From Takakia lepidozioides (Eukaryota > Plantae > Bryophyta): a DNA stretch of 64,000 nt. This document shows, piece by piece, positions 27,301 through 41,342 of the stretch. The notes under the pieces were generated by a model. That model searched no databases and was not told the origin of the DNA. It was given only the letters and a program-made list of their open reading frames with translations. The number at the start of each line of letters is the position of its first letter. The first letter of the stretch is position 1. The position numbers and the translations under genes are program-made. Location: the NCBI GenBank assembly GCA_030704615.1, contig CM060731.1, positions 72,850,001-72,914,000 on the forward strand, in the 5' to 3' direction.

Positions 27301-29535
27301 ATGTGTTTGGTGATAACGTAATGGTGATGGTACGTGAGCTCAGCATATCTCTCTCTCAAGAGCGGCATGAGTACATTCTCTCAAAGCTGTATGCTCAGTG
27401 AATCCCTGGACATTGTACCCACTTTTTCCCTAAACGCTGCTTTAGCATACTTCAACCGAATGCTGATACTTTCACCCAGAGTTTCACTTTCAAAATCTAG
27501 GCCTTGGATGGTTCCACCTCCATGCAAGCGTCTCCTCCTCTCATTGCTGAACAAGGTTATTGTATCTTTCCTCCCACTCATGTATGGATGGGGTGGGGGG
27601 TGTTGGAATTTGGAATTAGTGAACCAACCCACTTGACGACCCCCAGATTACTAGGAACTTAATGTTTGGTCAGTACATGGTTCATGTAGCATTCGCTTTT
27701 CATATCTAGACTTTGGTCTCTTAGCGTGTCAAGCTGTTGTAAATGGTAGCAATCAAAGAGGTATTTGTTGATCCCAATGCAGCGTTTATGAACTCAGTCA
27801 GGACTCGCATCTATTCCCACTGTAGTATATTCTGATTTCTGTATCAAGAGGGTGCGAGTTCAGCTATAATTTACATCAAGCAATTCCTTTCATCCTTTGC
27901 CAAGAAAGTTGGGACTCCCTGTCCTTGTGAAACTGTAGTTCTGTATGTGTTGTTAGATTAGTTAGGAAGATCAACTAGTTGGTGTCCTATGGTCTCATTC
28001 TCAGGTATTACAGGTCATAAGGCTACAGAAAACAACATCTTATGAGTACGTGCTCAGGTATTACACTTTTGCAGGTGGCAACTTCATCAGCTTTTGATGG
28101 ACCCATGAAACTGATCTTCCCACAATTTAATGTAAGTTGATGCAAGCCTTGTACTAGTTGCTGCATGTGTTGTAGCAGTCCTGTGATTTGACTTCAACAA
28201 GAAAACTGTTGAATGCTAACTTCTATGGCCAACCTTAGATGTGAATCTCCCTTGACAGTTAGGGTTATACAGGACCTCAAATGTCTTATTTTGTTCCATC
28301 ACAAAGGTAGAGAGCTTTGGATGAAGCATCACACGACTTGGAAGGAAGAGAAGATTACTGCTCAACATTAAATCTAGATCTGACTGGGGTAGTGTGTTTG
28401 CACATTCCTTAAGTGCGCCATGGAAGGTAGCTGCTCCCCACCCCATCACCAGGCCAGGTAAAACAGTGCAAAGAACTAACCCTGTGCCTTGGGTAGGTAC
28501 TCAAACTCTTCCACCGAAGGCTCAAGAGCCATAATTGGTTGTTTGCCGCAAGCCTGTGGGCTACCTAACCAGGGGTCATGGGTTTTCTTCCAGGCGAATG
28601 CTGCTAATCCCTACTCAATTTTAGGCCTAGGTGATGTGGCGGCTCCTGGCCTCCTCATTGCATTGATGCTGCGGTTTGATCGTTCACGATCAAAGAATAT
28701 GCCAGGAGAGGTTGTGATTTCTACACAATCTTCAACAACACAACCGTCTGGAGAACCTGACAAAACGTATTTTGTCACCTGCATTGCATCTTATGTGTTT
28801 GGCCTCACTCTTACTGTCGGTAAGTGTTTCATACTCTGATTAGGTCTGACTAGTCTCTCTGTGGGTGTGGTTGGATGGGAACAAGCTCCAGGAAGTCCGT
28901 TATCATACTAATACAAAACATGCACTGCATTTTTCCTTAGAAGTCATGGGGTAGGAAAAATTCAGGAGTTTTGCAAAGAAACTGGCACCAACAGTGCTCC
29001 CGATTTCAGATCAAAGCGTAAGATGTATTTGGCATGACAAATGTGTTGTCCATTTCAATGAAGTTAGACAGACGGGTTTTTAGGCAGAAGGGTGTGATGG
29101 ACTAGCCATTGGTGACAGAAAACCATTTTAATCCCACATGCAGCATGTCCATCGTTCTTCTCAATAGGGATAACGGAGCATTATTAGGCGATTGTTATGT
29201 AACTGTATGCCATTGGATGCCAGCATCTTTCATCTCTTATTGATCACCTCGTTTGCAAATTGCAAGCAACAAGAATAGCTACCCTTTTGACACAGCAAAG
29301 TATTCATGCCTTCTTTATTTGTATTGATTAATGGCCTCACTTGGTGGATTGTTCTGCAGTTGCTAATACTGTGTCAGGAGCTGCACAGCCAGCTTTGTTG
29401 TATCTGGTCCCCTCTCTCCTGTTTGGGGTGTTCATAGTGGCTGCATCGAGGTCAGAGGCCTCACTTCTGCTTGACTACAAGGATGAACCACTGATGAGTC
29501 CTATAGCAATCAAGAGCAATGATTCTTCAGATTGA
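24351..29535 (+). CDS. Signal peptide peptidase-like intramembrane aspartyl protease (A22B) with a Ser-rich N-terminal extension resembling a plastid transit peptide
   Basis: Multi-exon. Catalytic motifs LLYDVFWVFGS (~27265-27295), SILGLGDVAAPG (~28615-28650) and QPALLYLVP (~29386-29412); stop at 29535. Confidence 0.9.
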
Positions 29536-30434
29536 ATCTCTCAAGGTGTACTTTCCGTTGAACTTCTGACAAGCTCAGAAGAATTGGTACTTGGTAGAAT
29601 GTGATCTTACTTCCTCGAATGTGTATGCTGGGTGCAAGACTTTGGTGTCTACACAACATTCTCCAGTGACTGGGCCACCACAGCTCAGTTGGCCCTGGTC
29701 TCTGTGTCTCACTGGGGGCTGTATCCACAGCCACAAGCCTGCTTGAAGACACTCTCCCAGTTCTGAGCAACTGGACCAAAACTAAGAGTCCCTTGACGGT
29801 TTCTTTCTTGATTTCTGGCAATATCAGCCTTATTGCAATGGCAGCAAGAGCGCGGGAGGAATTTTCAAAGTGAAGGTCGAGTTGACAGTGGCTCTCCTTG
29901 GTTCTACACTGAGGAATACATCCCTATCTTTTTCTCTCACATCTATGGAGCGCTTCACCAGGCTGGTTGCTGTGATGCTCACAATCAAGAGGTCAGTTAG
30001 ATGTGAGGGCATCTAGATGTTGCCACTGCAAGGGGCTTGACTTGGTGGGGAAGCGTTCTATGCTCCAGTTTCTCTCTCTATCTGTACACAGTACAAGTCC
30101 TCTCGGTATGGGAGGGAAGCTCAAGCATAAGGATAGCCTCTTTAGACTTAGGTTGGTATCTTTTGGATGCGCTATCCTATTGTTGTAAGAGGAGAATTTG
30201 GAGAGCTCACCTTGGTGTCCCGGATTCTACATGACAACCACTTCCTGCAAATGTGGTTCTAAGTGGCCCTGTTTATACTGATCTCCTTGTTTCTAATGAC
30301 TACTTCATTCCTCTGTCACTCTGCTCTTAAGCTAGAGGATTGTGCTTTGCTATTCCTTCACGTAGTGACAAACTGCAGCATGGTTTTTAAGTTACTGGCT
30401 GAGCCAACCAGTCAGCCAACCAGTTCCACAGGGA

Positions 30435-31024
30435 TCACTGCACACAAAATGAATACAGTGTGTGTCCCATGGTTTCGGTGTTACCGCATGCAACTGCTGG
30501 GTCCATGCCAGTTCCTATGAAGGCACAAAGCTGTGCAACCGAGAACCCCCCATAAACAGTTCCATTTGTGGGAGCTTCCCACAGAATTGTGCCAGTTTCT
30601 GCATCCAGGGCATATACTCCACCTTCAGGGCCCCCGCCCCCGACCAACACAAGTCCATCAGCAACACTCACAGGACCATGAGCGGGAGCATTGCCGGGCA
30701 CTGCTGTTGACCACAGCACAGCTCCAGTGGTTGCATTCAAAGCTACCCATGCCCCTCCCTTTGTGAGGTTGGTGGATGGCAACAATGTGAAGTCCAACTG
30801 TTGGCTGTTGATGATATTCGTGTAGATCCTCTTGTCATCTGCTGCTGATCCCCAGGATGCGCCCCCCAACTTTCCTCCAGGTCCAGCCTTCTGCACACCC
30901 AAGATTATTTCTCAGTGGACTGTGTGTTTTTGTGTGTGTGTGTGTGTGTGTGCCATTGAACTCCAAGGGCCTCTATATTACCAGAAGAGACTTCCAAGGA
31001 AGACTACCAACCGGCGAGATGAGC

Positions 31025-31061
<37 letters not shown>

Positions 31062-32807
31062 TGTGTGTGTACAAACTGTTGCCCAGATGAGCGAAGAAAC
31101 TTCCAAGTGAGACTCCGAATCAGCGAGATGAGCAGGATAAACCACATCGCAAAAAAGGTGGGGGCGAGAGAGAGAGAGTGTGTGTGTACAAACTGTTGCC
31201 CAGATGATCTGACCGCTATCCCTGTCTAAAGCCCATACAACGCCACTTTTCTGCCCTGCTACCACAATGTCAAGCTCCCCTGTCTGAGAGGGGATGGTAA
31301 GCAGCATTGGAGCCTCTCCGAAGTCGTAATCAGGCCCAGGAATTCGTGGACAGTTGGGGTTGTGCAGGCGGGTGGAGCATGCAGTCCGCCGAACTTGTTG
31401 AGCAGCAAGATGTGTAGCCCATTTGATCTTCCCAGTGTCCATGTCCAAGGCCATGATAGAGTTTGCGTGGTTGTCAGCTGCAAAGCTGGGGTCTCGGGCA
31501 CCATGCTTCGTCTTCTTGCATGGTGCTTCCTCACACTTCTTATACGCATTTCCAGTAGCGATGTATACCAGGTTTCTGTCGGCGTCAATCGCAGGGCTGC
31601 TGCCCCACACAGCGGCGCCCGAGTATCGTTCAGACGAGCCATTTTTGTAAGGCAACATCAACGTCCTCCACAACACCATGCCAGAGTGAAGATCCACTTT
31701 TATGAAGCTCCCTTGAAAGGTGCAACAATCCCCGTGAGGTATGTCCTGTTCATTTGACGACGTTCCTACATAGAAAAAGCTTTGGAAGTACAAGCATCTA
31801 CCCAGTGATCAGTCTCTCATAAGGTTACGTCTCTATGGTCCACACGGACCTCTCTTTGCATGCAATTTCGTTTCATGACAAGTTCTAGACTCGTAATCTT
31901 TGTTGATAGAGGTCCGACTCGTTTCTTAGAGCACATGATGTTCTTGGGAAGATGTAGTGTGTGCCAGTTTAAGAGACTTGGCAGATGTGTTTTTCGATCT
32001 ATTAGGATGCATGCATGTGGAGGAACTGATCACGACTGAGGGTATAAGCTTATACCCTTGATAGGCAGATCCAGACATCGTAATACGAGCGCAAGGGTTT
32101 GTTTCCAACTTCGATATCCGAACTAAAGATCCATCCAGTCGGTTGAGGATAATCACGATGGCAGGGACGTCGATCCCAACTACCAGCAGATATCCTGCTA
32201 CCGTTGGTGTGGCTCTCGTGAAAGCATTACGCAAGCCTGTTATTGCGGACAAGTTCTGTCTCCAAAGGAGTGTCCCTGTTTCCGCAACTATGGCGTATAC
32301 ATTCCCATCAACCCATGTTGAAAAGTAAACGATGCCACCCGCGAATGATGGCGTTGATGTGATCATATTGCTGGCCTCAAAACTCCAGTGCAAAGAAAGT
32401 GAAGACGCTGATGAGGGATTGATTTCGCAGTCAGCCATTGCTCGCCGTCGGTTGGTGAGCTCTCCTCCATGGTTTATCCACTGCGAATTTCAATACGGGT
32501 CCACAATATCAGAGATCGCAAAGATCGCATAACCTTCTTCTGAAAGGATCAAGAAATTTCTTGATCAGACCTGCAATCGAAGACTGTAGTTATTCTCAGC
32601 AACAGCAGCTGTACATAGAGTGGAGAACAGCCGCACGAATAGAAGCCGGCGCCAGCTACATACAGTCTATCTCTACAGTACCTTATCAAATGGAAGGAGA
32701 CAAGAACCGTCGGAAGTGAGGGAGCACGATCCAAAGCAAATGCCGCCGTAGCTAAGAACAACAGCTACAGCGAACGCCACAGAAGACCGAAGACCCCAAG
32801 TTCTCAT
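30435..32807 (-). CDS. Secreted PQQ-type beta-propeller protein (polyvinyl-alcohol dehydrogenase-like), 4 exons
   Basis: Signal peptide MRTWGLRSSVAFAVAVVLSY, then WINHGGELTNRR, GNVYAIVAETGTLLW, GAAVWGSSPAID...VYIATGN, DYDFGEAP, GQKSGVVWALDRDSGQIIW and GGVYALDAETGTILW (Trp-docking PQQ repeats). Confidence 0.85.
31051..31210. repeat. Duplicated splice-donor segment with (GA)n/(GT)n microsatellites
   Basis: GAGAGAGAGTGTGTGT(GT)ACAAACTGTTGCCCAGATGA occurs twice (~31051-31090 and ~31170-31208); both read IWATV.. on the minus strand. Confidence 0.8.
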
Positions 32808-34409
32808 TTCGGATCTTTCAACTAGGCAATTTACTGGATGATCCTTTATTGATTCACTCTTGAAAACTGCGTGAGAGGAGGGAGATGAGCATCGGATTGG
32901 TCATGTAAAGAAGTACGCGCAAGATCGAGACTTTCCCAACTGTCCTAAGCAAGGTTGTGAGGAAGGGGGTTGTCACGATGGAAACTGGACTCATGTTAAC
33001 GTGTTTTGAATGATTCGATCAAAGTGAGAACGATCATGTCAGCCTGTGGAGCAGTGACATCTGTGTTAACATCTAGGTATGCCAAAAAGCCTCAAATACC
33101 CCTTGCCACTAAATTATCTTGCGATAGATTGAATGTTCTGTTAGGAGCATCATATGTACCTAGCTTCAAACAATTATGACTGGGTCCGATATGAGTCAAT
33201 GAGTGGCTAGGGCCTCTTTTCTTTCCCGCCAATAGTACTTGAGACAACCCAAGAAGAATTTCACACGGGTCTATGACTACGAGAAGGCATGCACACCCAC
33301 CTAAGAAAAGAAAAGTAGAACTCAACAGTGCCAGCTTCTGTGATTTCTAGTACTACTTAGTATATATATATATTCATGATGGAGAAAGCTGTTACGAAAA
33401 GGATTTGGTTGCCATGTAGCACAAGTTGATCATCCTTTATTGTCACTTAAATGCCTAAATCTGGGCTGAAGTCTAATTTTCGTATTGAAATTCAAACAGT
33501 TGCCAGTATACTCAGTGTTGGCATGCAAGGTTGCTAACTGAAACTTATTGTGGGAAGATTAGCACAGTGTCTTAACCATATGATGGCTAGAACAAAACCT
33601 TGAAATGTAACTGAAGTCAGCAGTGCCATCCTGGAGTGCAAATTGACGGGGTAAATGCCCTTCGTTGGCCGTTTTGCCATAAAATTAGGGCGCAATTCAG
33701 GGCAAGTTGTAGTTGAACAAAGCCGTCTTATAGCATTATAACTTAGAAGAGCAGGTCTAGCTTTGGCACTTCGCGAAGCTGGTGCCAGTCTTGTGGAAGA
33801 AAGGGAATACACGATCGTGCGTGTGATTTTGTTGAGATTGAGACAGAAGACTCCCGCCCAAACCAACGGTAAATAAGATGCACTTTGAGGAGATAAAGAT
33901 AAAGATAAAGTTTCTTTAACGTCCAGTGAATTTACAGAGCCTACTGCCACAGGAGATCAACAAAAAGGAGCGGACAACATAGCTTTCCTAATCTTATGAG
34001 CCTATGGCAAATGGTCATGGTAATTCCAGCGTCCGTAGCCGCCGGTGAACGAGGATATAGTATGGTATCCGCCTTCATCTGGACGCTTTTGATGATCTCT
34101 TTATGAACATGTTGATTGGGAAGCTATACCTATTCAGGGTGTGGAAGTCCATGACAAGTCGCATACCATTAAGGTTAAGTTAAATGGGTTGAAGAAGCCC
34201 TTCAAGTAGCTATGATCGAAGTTCAATATACTTATATGCAAAGTCATGCGTTTCCCATTCTAATAATCTGTGAGCCTCCTGTTTCAACTGAAGGTTCAAT
34301 GTCTTGCAGAAAAGAAGGGGATATGCTTTAACTGCCAGACTACACAAAAAAAGGGCATCCTCGTAAGAAGCCTGGTGCCATGTCTTGGCCACGAGGATAT
34401 CATGGGACC

Positions 34410-36327
34410 TCAGGACAAGCTTCTGGCCAGGGCTCCCTCGAAGGTGACACCAGGCCCAAAAGCAAGAAGAACGCCCCACTCAGGTTCTGTCTCCTGGCCG
34501 CCATTTGTCTCTTTGAGCCGGAGGCTATGTTGGCGCATGTAGTCCAAAACGTAAATGATGGTGCTGCTGCTGATGTTGCCGTAGTCCGCCAGCACCGCAC
34601 GACTGGCTTGAAGCTTCTCAGGTAAGAGTTCTAGCCGTCTCTCCACGGCATTCAAAATGGCTGGCCCTCCTGGATTGTAGATAGAACAAAAGGTTGTGAG
34701 TGGAAATTGTAACTCAGTAGAGCTTGGATACGATATCATGGGTGTCCAGAATCCAGAGAGTTGTCTACAACTCAGACTTACACGAGACAAACTTCTGCGC
34801 AGGCAGCTGTGGCGCAGTGCATGCCCAAGTTTCTGTTAACCGGGAAAAACTGCAGTGCTAAATAATTCAATTAGCTGATGCGGATGTCTCTGCATGTGTG
34901 AGTCTAATTAAATTTGAGATCGATTTGAAAGTTGCACAAACCTGGATGCACGGCCCAAAACAGGTCGTTATACTTCAGCCCGCCTGCCCGCTTGACGATC
35001 GAGCTACAATAATCCTCAATGTTTTCTTGTATCAATCTAGGGAGATCTCTTCCAAGCTTGAATAAGAGGCCTTCTTCGGTTAGCCTTCCATCAATAGTAT
35101 CCTGAGTCTCTGGCAAAAAGCTTTGACCTGCCCATTCAAGCTCAAAGCACGGCTTCTCCATGACAGGTAGTGGGTCAGTCCCCAAAATCATGGCAGCCGC
35201 CCCATCCCCAAACAGTGCAGCTCCCACCAGGTCGTATGGGCGATCTGGGCTGGGGGGCCGAAAACCGATCAATGTGGTCTCACTAGTAACAATCAGAACC
35301 CGGCTACCAGGGTTGTTTTCTGCCAAATCCTTTGCAACCCGGATGCCAGAAGCGCCACCATAGCAACCCAGCATGTAAAGTATTACACGGTTTACATCCT
35401 TCCGGAGCCCTAGCGCTCTGGCCAGGTGCAGGTCACCCCCAGGGAGACGCACCTCGCTGGAGGAGACATAGACGAGGTGGGTTATGTCAGAGATGGGTCG
35501 ACCCCACTCTTGGATTGCGCTTCTGGCTGCCTCCGCACCTAGCTTAGTCACCGCTACAGCCGCAATCTTCAGGCGCTGTCCCAAGCTCGGAGAACCTTCG
35601 ATAAGAAACTCTGGATTCTCTCTCAGGATCTGCTCGTTCATCACCACATAGCGCGTTTTGACTGTAGTGTTTACACCTGACCAAATGTGCACACGAGCAG
35701 ATGTATAAGGAACCATACATCACATAAAAATTGAGGCCGAGATGCAATTGCATGTCAAGATCCTGGTTCAAGGCTAAAAGATCAGTTGCATTTGTGTATG
35801 AGTTCCACTTTTATTACACATATCGTGGTCAAGAGCAGACTGTGGAAATCGTGGTTGTTTGAATCAAGTTTAGTGAATTTATTTTCCTGGCTTGCAGGCG
35901 TACACTTGTGCACCCATAAGCCAAGAATCACACTGGGCCGAGTGCTACCTGATCAGCCTCCAAATTGTCAGCGTTCTGAAAATGTTATATATATACAGAT
36001 GTGCGAGTGAAGTCAGTAAGGAATGCGCAGTTCTAACTTAGATCATCCATGGATATTTTGGCTTTATAAGCTGTCATGATGCTTACAGAGCCGCTCAAGT
36101 TTCGCTTGCACAACAGGGTCGTCGATCTTGACGTCCCTAAGGTAACGCTCGGCCAACCCCTCGTTCTTAACCACAACGTCGGGTACAGCGCGTCCTATGG
36201 CGAGGACTGTAGATTTGCCAGGCCTCGCTTGCCGTCTCCCACTCTTTGCCACTCCATTGACCGCACTTATGTTCCCAAACTCTACGGCCTGCCCGTCAAA
36301 AGCTGCTTCCACTCTCCTGCCCTCCAT
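34410..36327 (-). CDS. Type III polyketide synthase, anther-specific CHS-like (ASCL / LAP5-LAP6 type), 3 exons
   Basis: Cys-His-Asn triad in MLGCYGGASG, WAVHPGGPAIL and YGNISSS; also GAALFGDGAAA and AFGPG. Segments YVSSSEVRLPGGDL and FRPPSPDRPYDLVG are ASCL-like. Introns ~35678-36083 and ~34672-34941. Confidence 0.92.
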
Positions 36328-37229
36328 TGAGTGAAGGTCTGGGAGATGTAGAAGATCCAAGTGGCTAGAGACAGAAAAACGAAGACCAGTCTAGAGGCTA
36401 GAGAATGAGAGCTCGTGAAGGAAGACAATGTGAGAAGGGCAGGATGGACTGTTCCAAATATAAAGGCAGCATGCTAGAGGAGGGTGACAAAGGTCAAAGA
36501 AAGAGAGAGAGAGAGGGTAGAGGGCAGGTGAGCATGCTCCCTGGCTTGCTTACCTTCCTGACTGTCAAGACTGTTTCGTGTGTTAGAGCAGCGTCTTATT
36601 CATACCAATCAATACATTCATTTGTAAGAAGGTCTTGTATATGGAACCATGTCGCCTCCGTAAAGACCAGTGTTGGACTGGTATATGGACTGAGGCCTGG
36701 TATATATACTGAGAACAGACCAGCCTGGTCTACGGTTGGGCAAAAGCAGCCATTCTTTTATTGGCGATTTATCGCCAAATTGCGACTTTGAACGGGCGGC
36801 CCTGGCGAATGAGGTAAAGGAAAATAAGGTTGAAAAATAGATGGGTTTGGCCAAAAATTCATGTGGTGGGCCCATCTTTCGCCAAAGGGTATGCAAGAGG
36901 GAGCCACTTGTCGCCATCCTGGAGCGAGGAACGTTGAAATGAAGGGGCCAGATTTCGCTCAGCACCTGTAAGGGATCGCCACATTGACATGTACATTGGG
37001 GGAGGGTATGGAGCCAACTATGTTCCTTGTATACGGTACTACTTTACCATATATACTTTGTAATCATCTTAGTTTATAATATGGCTTTGTGGTGGTGGTA
37101 TTGATGATGCTTTGATGGCATAAGACCTTGTGTTCAAATCTCAAATTTTTGTCTCATAGAGCTTGTTGAGGTAATATTTATTTTAAAAAACATTATGTTT
37201 TTTGTAAAAAAAGAGAATACCTCAACAAT

Positions 37230-38520
37230 AGTTTCTGAGGGAGGTCAAAAACAGTTGTTCAGTTTTCAACCTGGCTCTCCTTTGGCAGGCAGAGCCCTTG
37301 TCCTTAACCAGATTGTATTGGCTGCTATATGATTTTTTGCCTCAGTTTGTAGTCCAAAGTCAACTGTGGTTCAATCCATTAAAGTGCTTTTGCGCAATTT
37401 TCTATGGGGTGCCACTGCGACGACCAGTTGTGCCGACCTAAGAAGGAAGGAGGTATGGGGATCCTGGACCCAGAGAGGCAGATTACAGCGCTCCTGGCTC
37501 GTTGGATCCCCGCGCTCTTTCTGCCCCCGGGTATGGAAAGGCAGTGGGCCTTGCACTCCAAGCTCGCCTGGTTTCTTTCCGTCCTGCTGGCTAGGCGATC
37601 CTGGGGAGTGGATGAACCCAACCAAGACTGCATTCTTGGGTTACACTGTCTCCGGCTGGAAATCTGTCGGTGTCGTCTCCGAGGGTAGCTACGAGAGATA
37701 ATTTGTACCCAATCAGAATCATAGACATGGTCACAGGGGCTGCCAATCCCTTACCGGCTGGCCAACAGCCCTTGCTGTAAGTTGGTTCGTGAACATCTCG
37801 TTCATGCTTCTCCAAAGACCTCGAACCTGTGGGCTCCCTCCTTGAAGTGGCTGGTTCATGGTTCCAAACACACAAACCAGGTGGGTTCTCTGGCATGGAC
37901 CTCAATTTGGAATGCTTGGCTGAGGTTACATCCTTTCCTTTTCCAGAGAAGAGCCTCCTCTTTCGCTGAAGCTATTAGGCAGCCTCTTTTTGGTAATTAT
38001 AACCTTGACTCGGCCCCGCTTATCAATCTTTCGAAAAAGTGTGCACCTTGGGAGACTGCTGGTATCAGTCATGTGGCAAATATCTGGGAGCACGGGCAAT
38101 ATTTCGTGTCTGAGGACCTGCTCTGCAGCCTTCTTCCAATAAGAACGGTCAACTGTAGCTGGAATATCATATGCCAGGGAGCCTCCTACCTTACTCCCTT
38201 GCTTGTCTCTGAAAACGACCCCTGGCCTTTGCCAATTAATTGGTTGGGTTGCACCCCAGGTAAGCCATTTCATGTTATGCTAGCAACCTCATACTCTGCA
38301 GATGGCATTCAGGGTCTGGGGTTTATGGCCGCTAAGATAGGGTACAGGCTGCTGCTTGGTTCTGCAAACTTCACTAACAAATGGGCCAAAAAATGGCAGC
38401 ATATCCTTCAGAGACTCTATGTTGCAATGGGCAAGGTCCTCTGGATCTGGGTCCAAATCCTCCATTGGGTATAGACTGGATGAATTCAGATTTTTGTACT
38501 TCTGAATGATGGTGAATATC
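37230..38520 (+). mobile_element. Degenerate L1-clade LINE fragment (region C-terminal to RT)
   Basis: Frameshifted pieces RALVLNQIVLAAI, IKVLLRNFLWG, LCRPKKEGGMGILDP...ALLARW and IWNAW...IRQPLFGN, typical of plant L1 ORF2 after the RT domain. Confidence 0.7.
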
Positions 38521-38578
38521 ATCAACCTATTTTGTGGTGTTCGCCAAAAATTCTATTTTGTTACCATATTGGTAGCCT

Positions 38579-39431
38579 TTAATCCCTAAAGGATGAGAGC
38601 TTTTTTGTGATTTTTGAGAAAAACCTGACATGGCCTTACAAAAGGGGATGTATATTGTTGCCAAAGTTCATCCATGTGGATGAACTGTACAATGTTATCA
38701 GTAACTACATCGTATAGGTGGTCAAAAATTCTCATGTCATTCCACCGCTGGAATGAGCAGATTATAATGTGGGAGTGATCCCCCATTTCTAGGCTCATAC
38801 AAAAACTCGTGGAAAAACTTGGTTTGACCACCAATTTTCTCCATATTCTAGTGGTGCGTTCCCCTCCAACTTTTGACCAATCGTTGCCTATAAAGTGTAG
38901 GATATTGTGTCCAAATTTTAGCATGTAATGACCTATTTTCATTAATGCCCCCTTTGTATGTAACTGCTTACGGGTACCCATGGTAAAAAGAACAAGACTT
39001 TTGCTTGAATGCAACAAGCAGCGAAAATTTTGCATGAAAAGAAAAATTACGACGGTGAGTAGATGTTAGGTAAGAATACAAAAAAAATCCACTAATTCAC
39101 ACTTGAAATTTCCAAGTTTGGCTCAGGGGATGTAGCATAGAGTGAATTGTCTATGTGTCTTGGCCCCACGCGCTCATTGGTCCACGTCATGTAGTCAATA
39201 CCCTCAAAACTTGAACACCACACAAAATATGCATTTTTCACATATGTCCAAAAATCTAGGGGGTGTTGTAGTAATCCAAATGGATTAGGGGATTTGGTGC
39301 ATTCAATAGCTGCCAATGTAAGCTATAGCTTTGCTTTGGGGCCACCTCCATCAGATACCATCCTAACCATGTACAGCCAAGTGAAAAAACAATGTGATCC
39401 GAAATGGGTCGCATCGTCCTTTAGGGGTTAA
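38579..39431. mobile_element. Non-autonomous TTAA-flanked TIR element (piggyBac-like MITE), 845 bp between TTAAs
   Basis: TTAA at 38579-38582 and 39428-39431. Left end TCCCTAAAGGATGA versus right end (reverse complement) CCCCTAAAGGACGA: 12/14 identical, both mismatches C/T. AT-rich, no transposase. Confidence 0.6.
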
Positions 39432-41342
39432 CATGCTAAAATTGTTCGCCATGCGACTAGAGACCATGTACAAAACTAGGAAACTAAAGCATTAGTTAGA
39501 ACTAGGACTAGACCATGTGCAAAACACGATTATCCTCACTTTCAGCAAATACAGGCACCTGACAAAAGCATGAAGCTGCGTGATGACATAACCCAAAGAA
39601 TGACAACACTTGAGTCCAACATCAACACTAGAATTTCAAGAAGCAAATGAACCCCAAAACTATAAATCATAACAGTCCTGAGACAGAACAACATACCCAT
39701 GCTGCTTTGGTGTCCACATGACCATGGCCAGCACGCAGAGTGAATTCACTGAAGTATTGAGGCACAGAGAGCCCCAGAAAGATAGAAAATCCAACAATAA
39801 ATATGTTTCGAGTCAGATTCATGTAGGCGAATTGCAGCTGCGATATTCCTATCTTGTTTCAATCATGTTCGCCATTGTCTCTACTATGTTTTGGATTCAT
39901 TCGCCTAACACTCATTCAACATCTCCTACAATCGCCACTTATTTCGAATCTACATTTTCTACCATAGCCACACATGCTCCACTTAGGTTCTCATGGATGT
40001 CACTCCCGCCACAATGCAAATAGTATAAAAGAAACGCTGGGCAAAAGCCATGCCCATACCAAGGTACCCAAATACAGTCTTTGGAAAATATGCGCAGATA
40101 CCACACTAGTCTGCTACTACATTCAGGGTACCAGTATTCATACTAGTTTTTTGCAAGCCAACCTTCTCTCTTGTCTGTATGAATCTGTTGTCTATAAGGT
40201 GTTGCTAAATGTAGTTTCAAGAAAGTCTTTTGAGCTTGAGGTAGATTACATGAGGTTACTTTTATTTTGCTCCACCACTAGAATCTTTGGGACACATAAG
40301 TTTGAATGGCTACATTCTACTTGTATATAGATTCATGTGATGTGTGTCCATTTTGAATTTGGCTGCCTTCATCCATACCAGCATTCATTATATCTACTTG
40401 TCGGTATCATGTTAACCCTTATACGCCAAGTGCCATAGTTTGACTTTTTTAAAAATAGTGCCCATTACTGAAGAAAAAGGTGTAACCTTTAGAAATTTGA
40501 TTTTTTTAAGAAATTGACCGCACACTATGTGCGTAACTTCCTTTTGCACTCACCTGCCAATTTCCAAGGCAATCACCCAGATCCAGAAAAACACCTCAGT
40601 TGAATGTGAGTATTGGGGCCATTCGAGAAACATAACTTTTTTAGCAATTTTTTAAAGATTTGAGTGACCAGATCAACTCCAATTGAGGCGAGATTTGGCA
40701 GGCTTTATCCCCTTGGGATCCCTCATCCAACAAGCCAAAAACCATCCAATTTGGCCAACACATGTAGTGCTTCCACTTGGTCAAACCTGGTTAGATCCCC
40801 TAACTATAACTCTCTCACACCTGTGTGAAGAAATCTTAGCATGAAAAAGACAGAATTACCTTCATCAAAACCTGACCCCCTTGCTTGCGTGATGAGACAA
40901 TTTTGCTTTAGCTCAAAATTAGGGCAATCAGTTGCCTTAATCATAGCAGTGCGCGACAGGGGCAACTCTATGGTACTAATTTATTGACGCAGATATGAAA
41001 ACGTAATTTACTGGCATACTTATATTGATACCATTGCATCATGAAATTGTAATGCATCAATTACGTAGACCAGACTGGTAGATCAATTTCTAACTATGTT
41101 TGGTACTAGTTCTAATCTGGTATCTCATTGATTAAGAGACATATATACCATGACTAGACTGGTATGTAATATACTTCATACTAGTCCAATACCAGTAAAG
41201 ACCTCCTCTGACTTTCTTATGGCATATTCGCAAATATATATTGTTAAATTGAGTTATCATATAAAGTTAACTTGTGTCAGCTCTCACTGTATATTAGGTG
41301 AAACTTTTCGATGGGGATTTTTAGAGGCGGAATCCCAAAAAA

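Noticed and set aside
17874-36327. Sporopollenin biosynthetic gene cluster (P450 + beta-propeller + ASCL PKS)
   Set aside because: The P450 is frameshifted and its heme motif is not recognisably CYP703/CYP704, the propeller is PQQ-type rather than LAP3-like, and an unrelated SPP gene intervenes.
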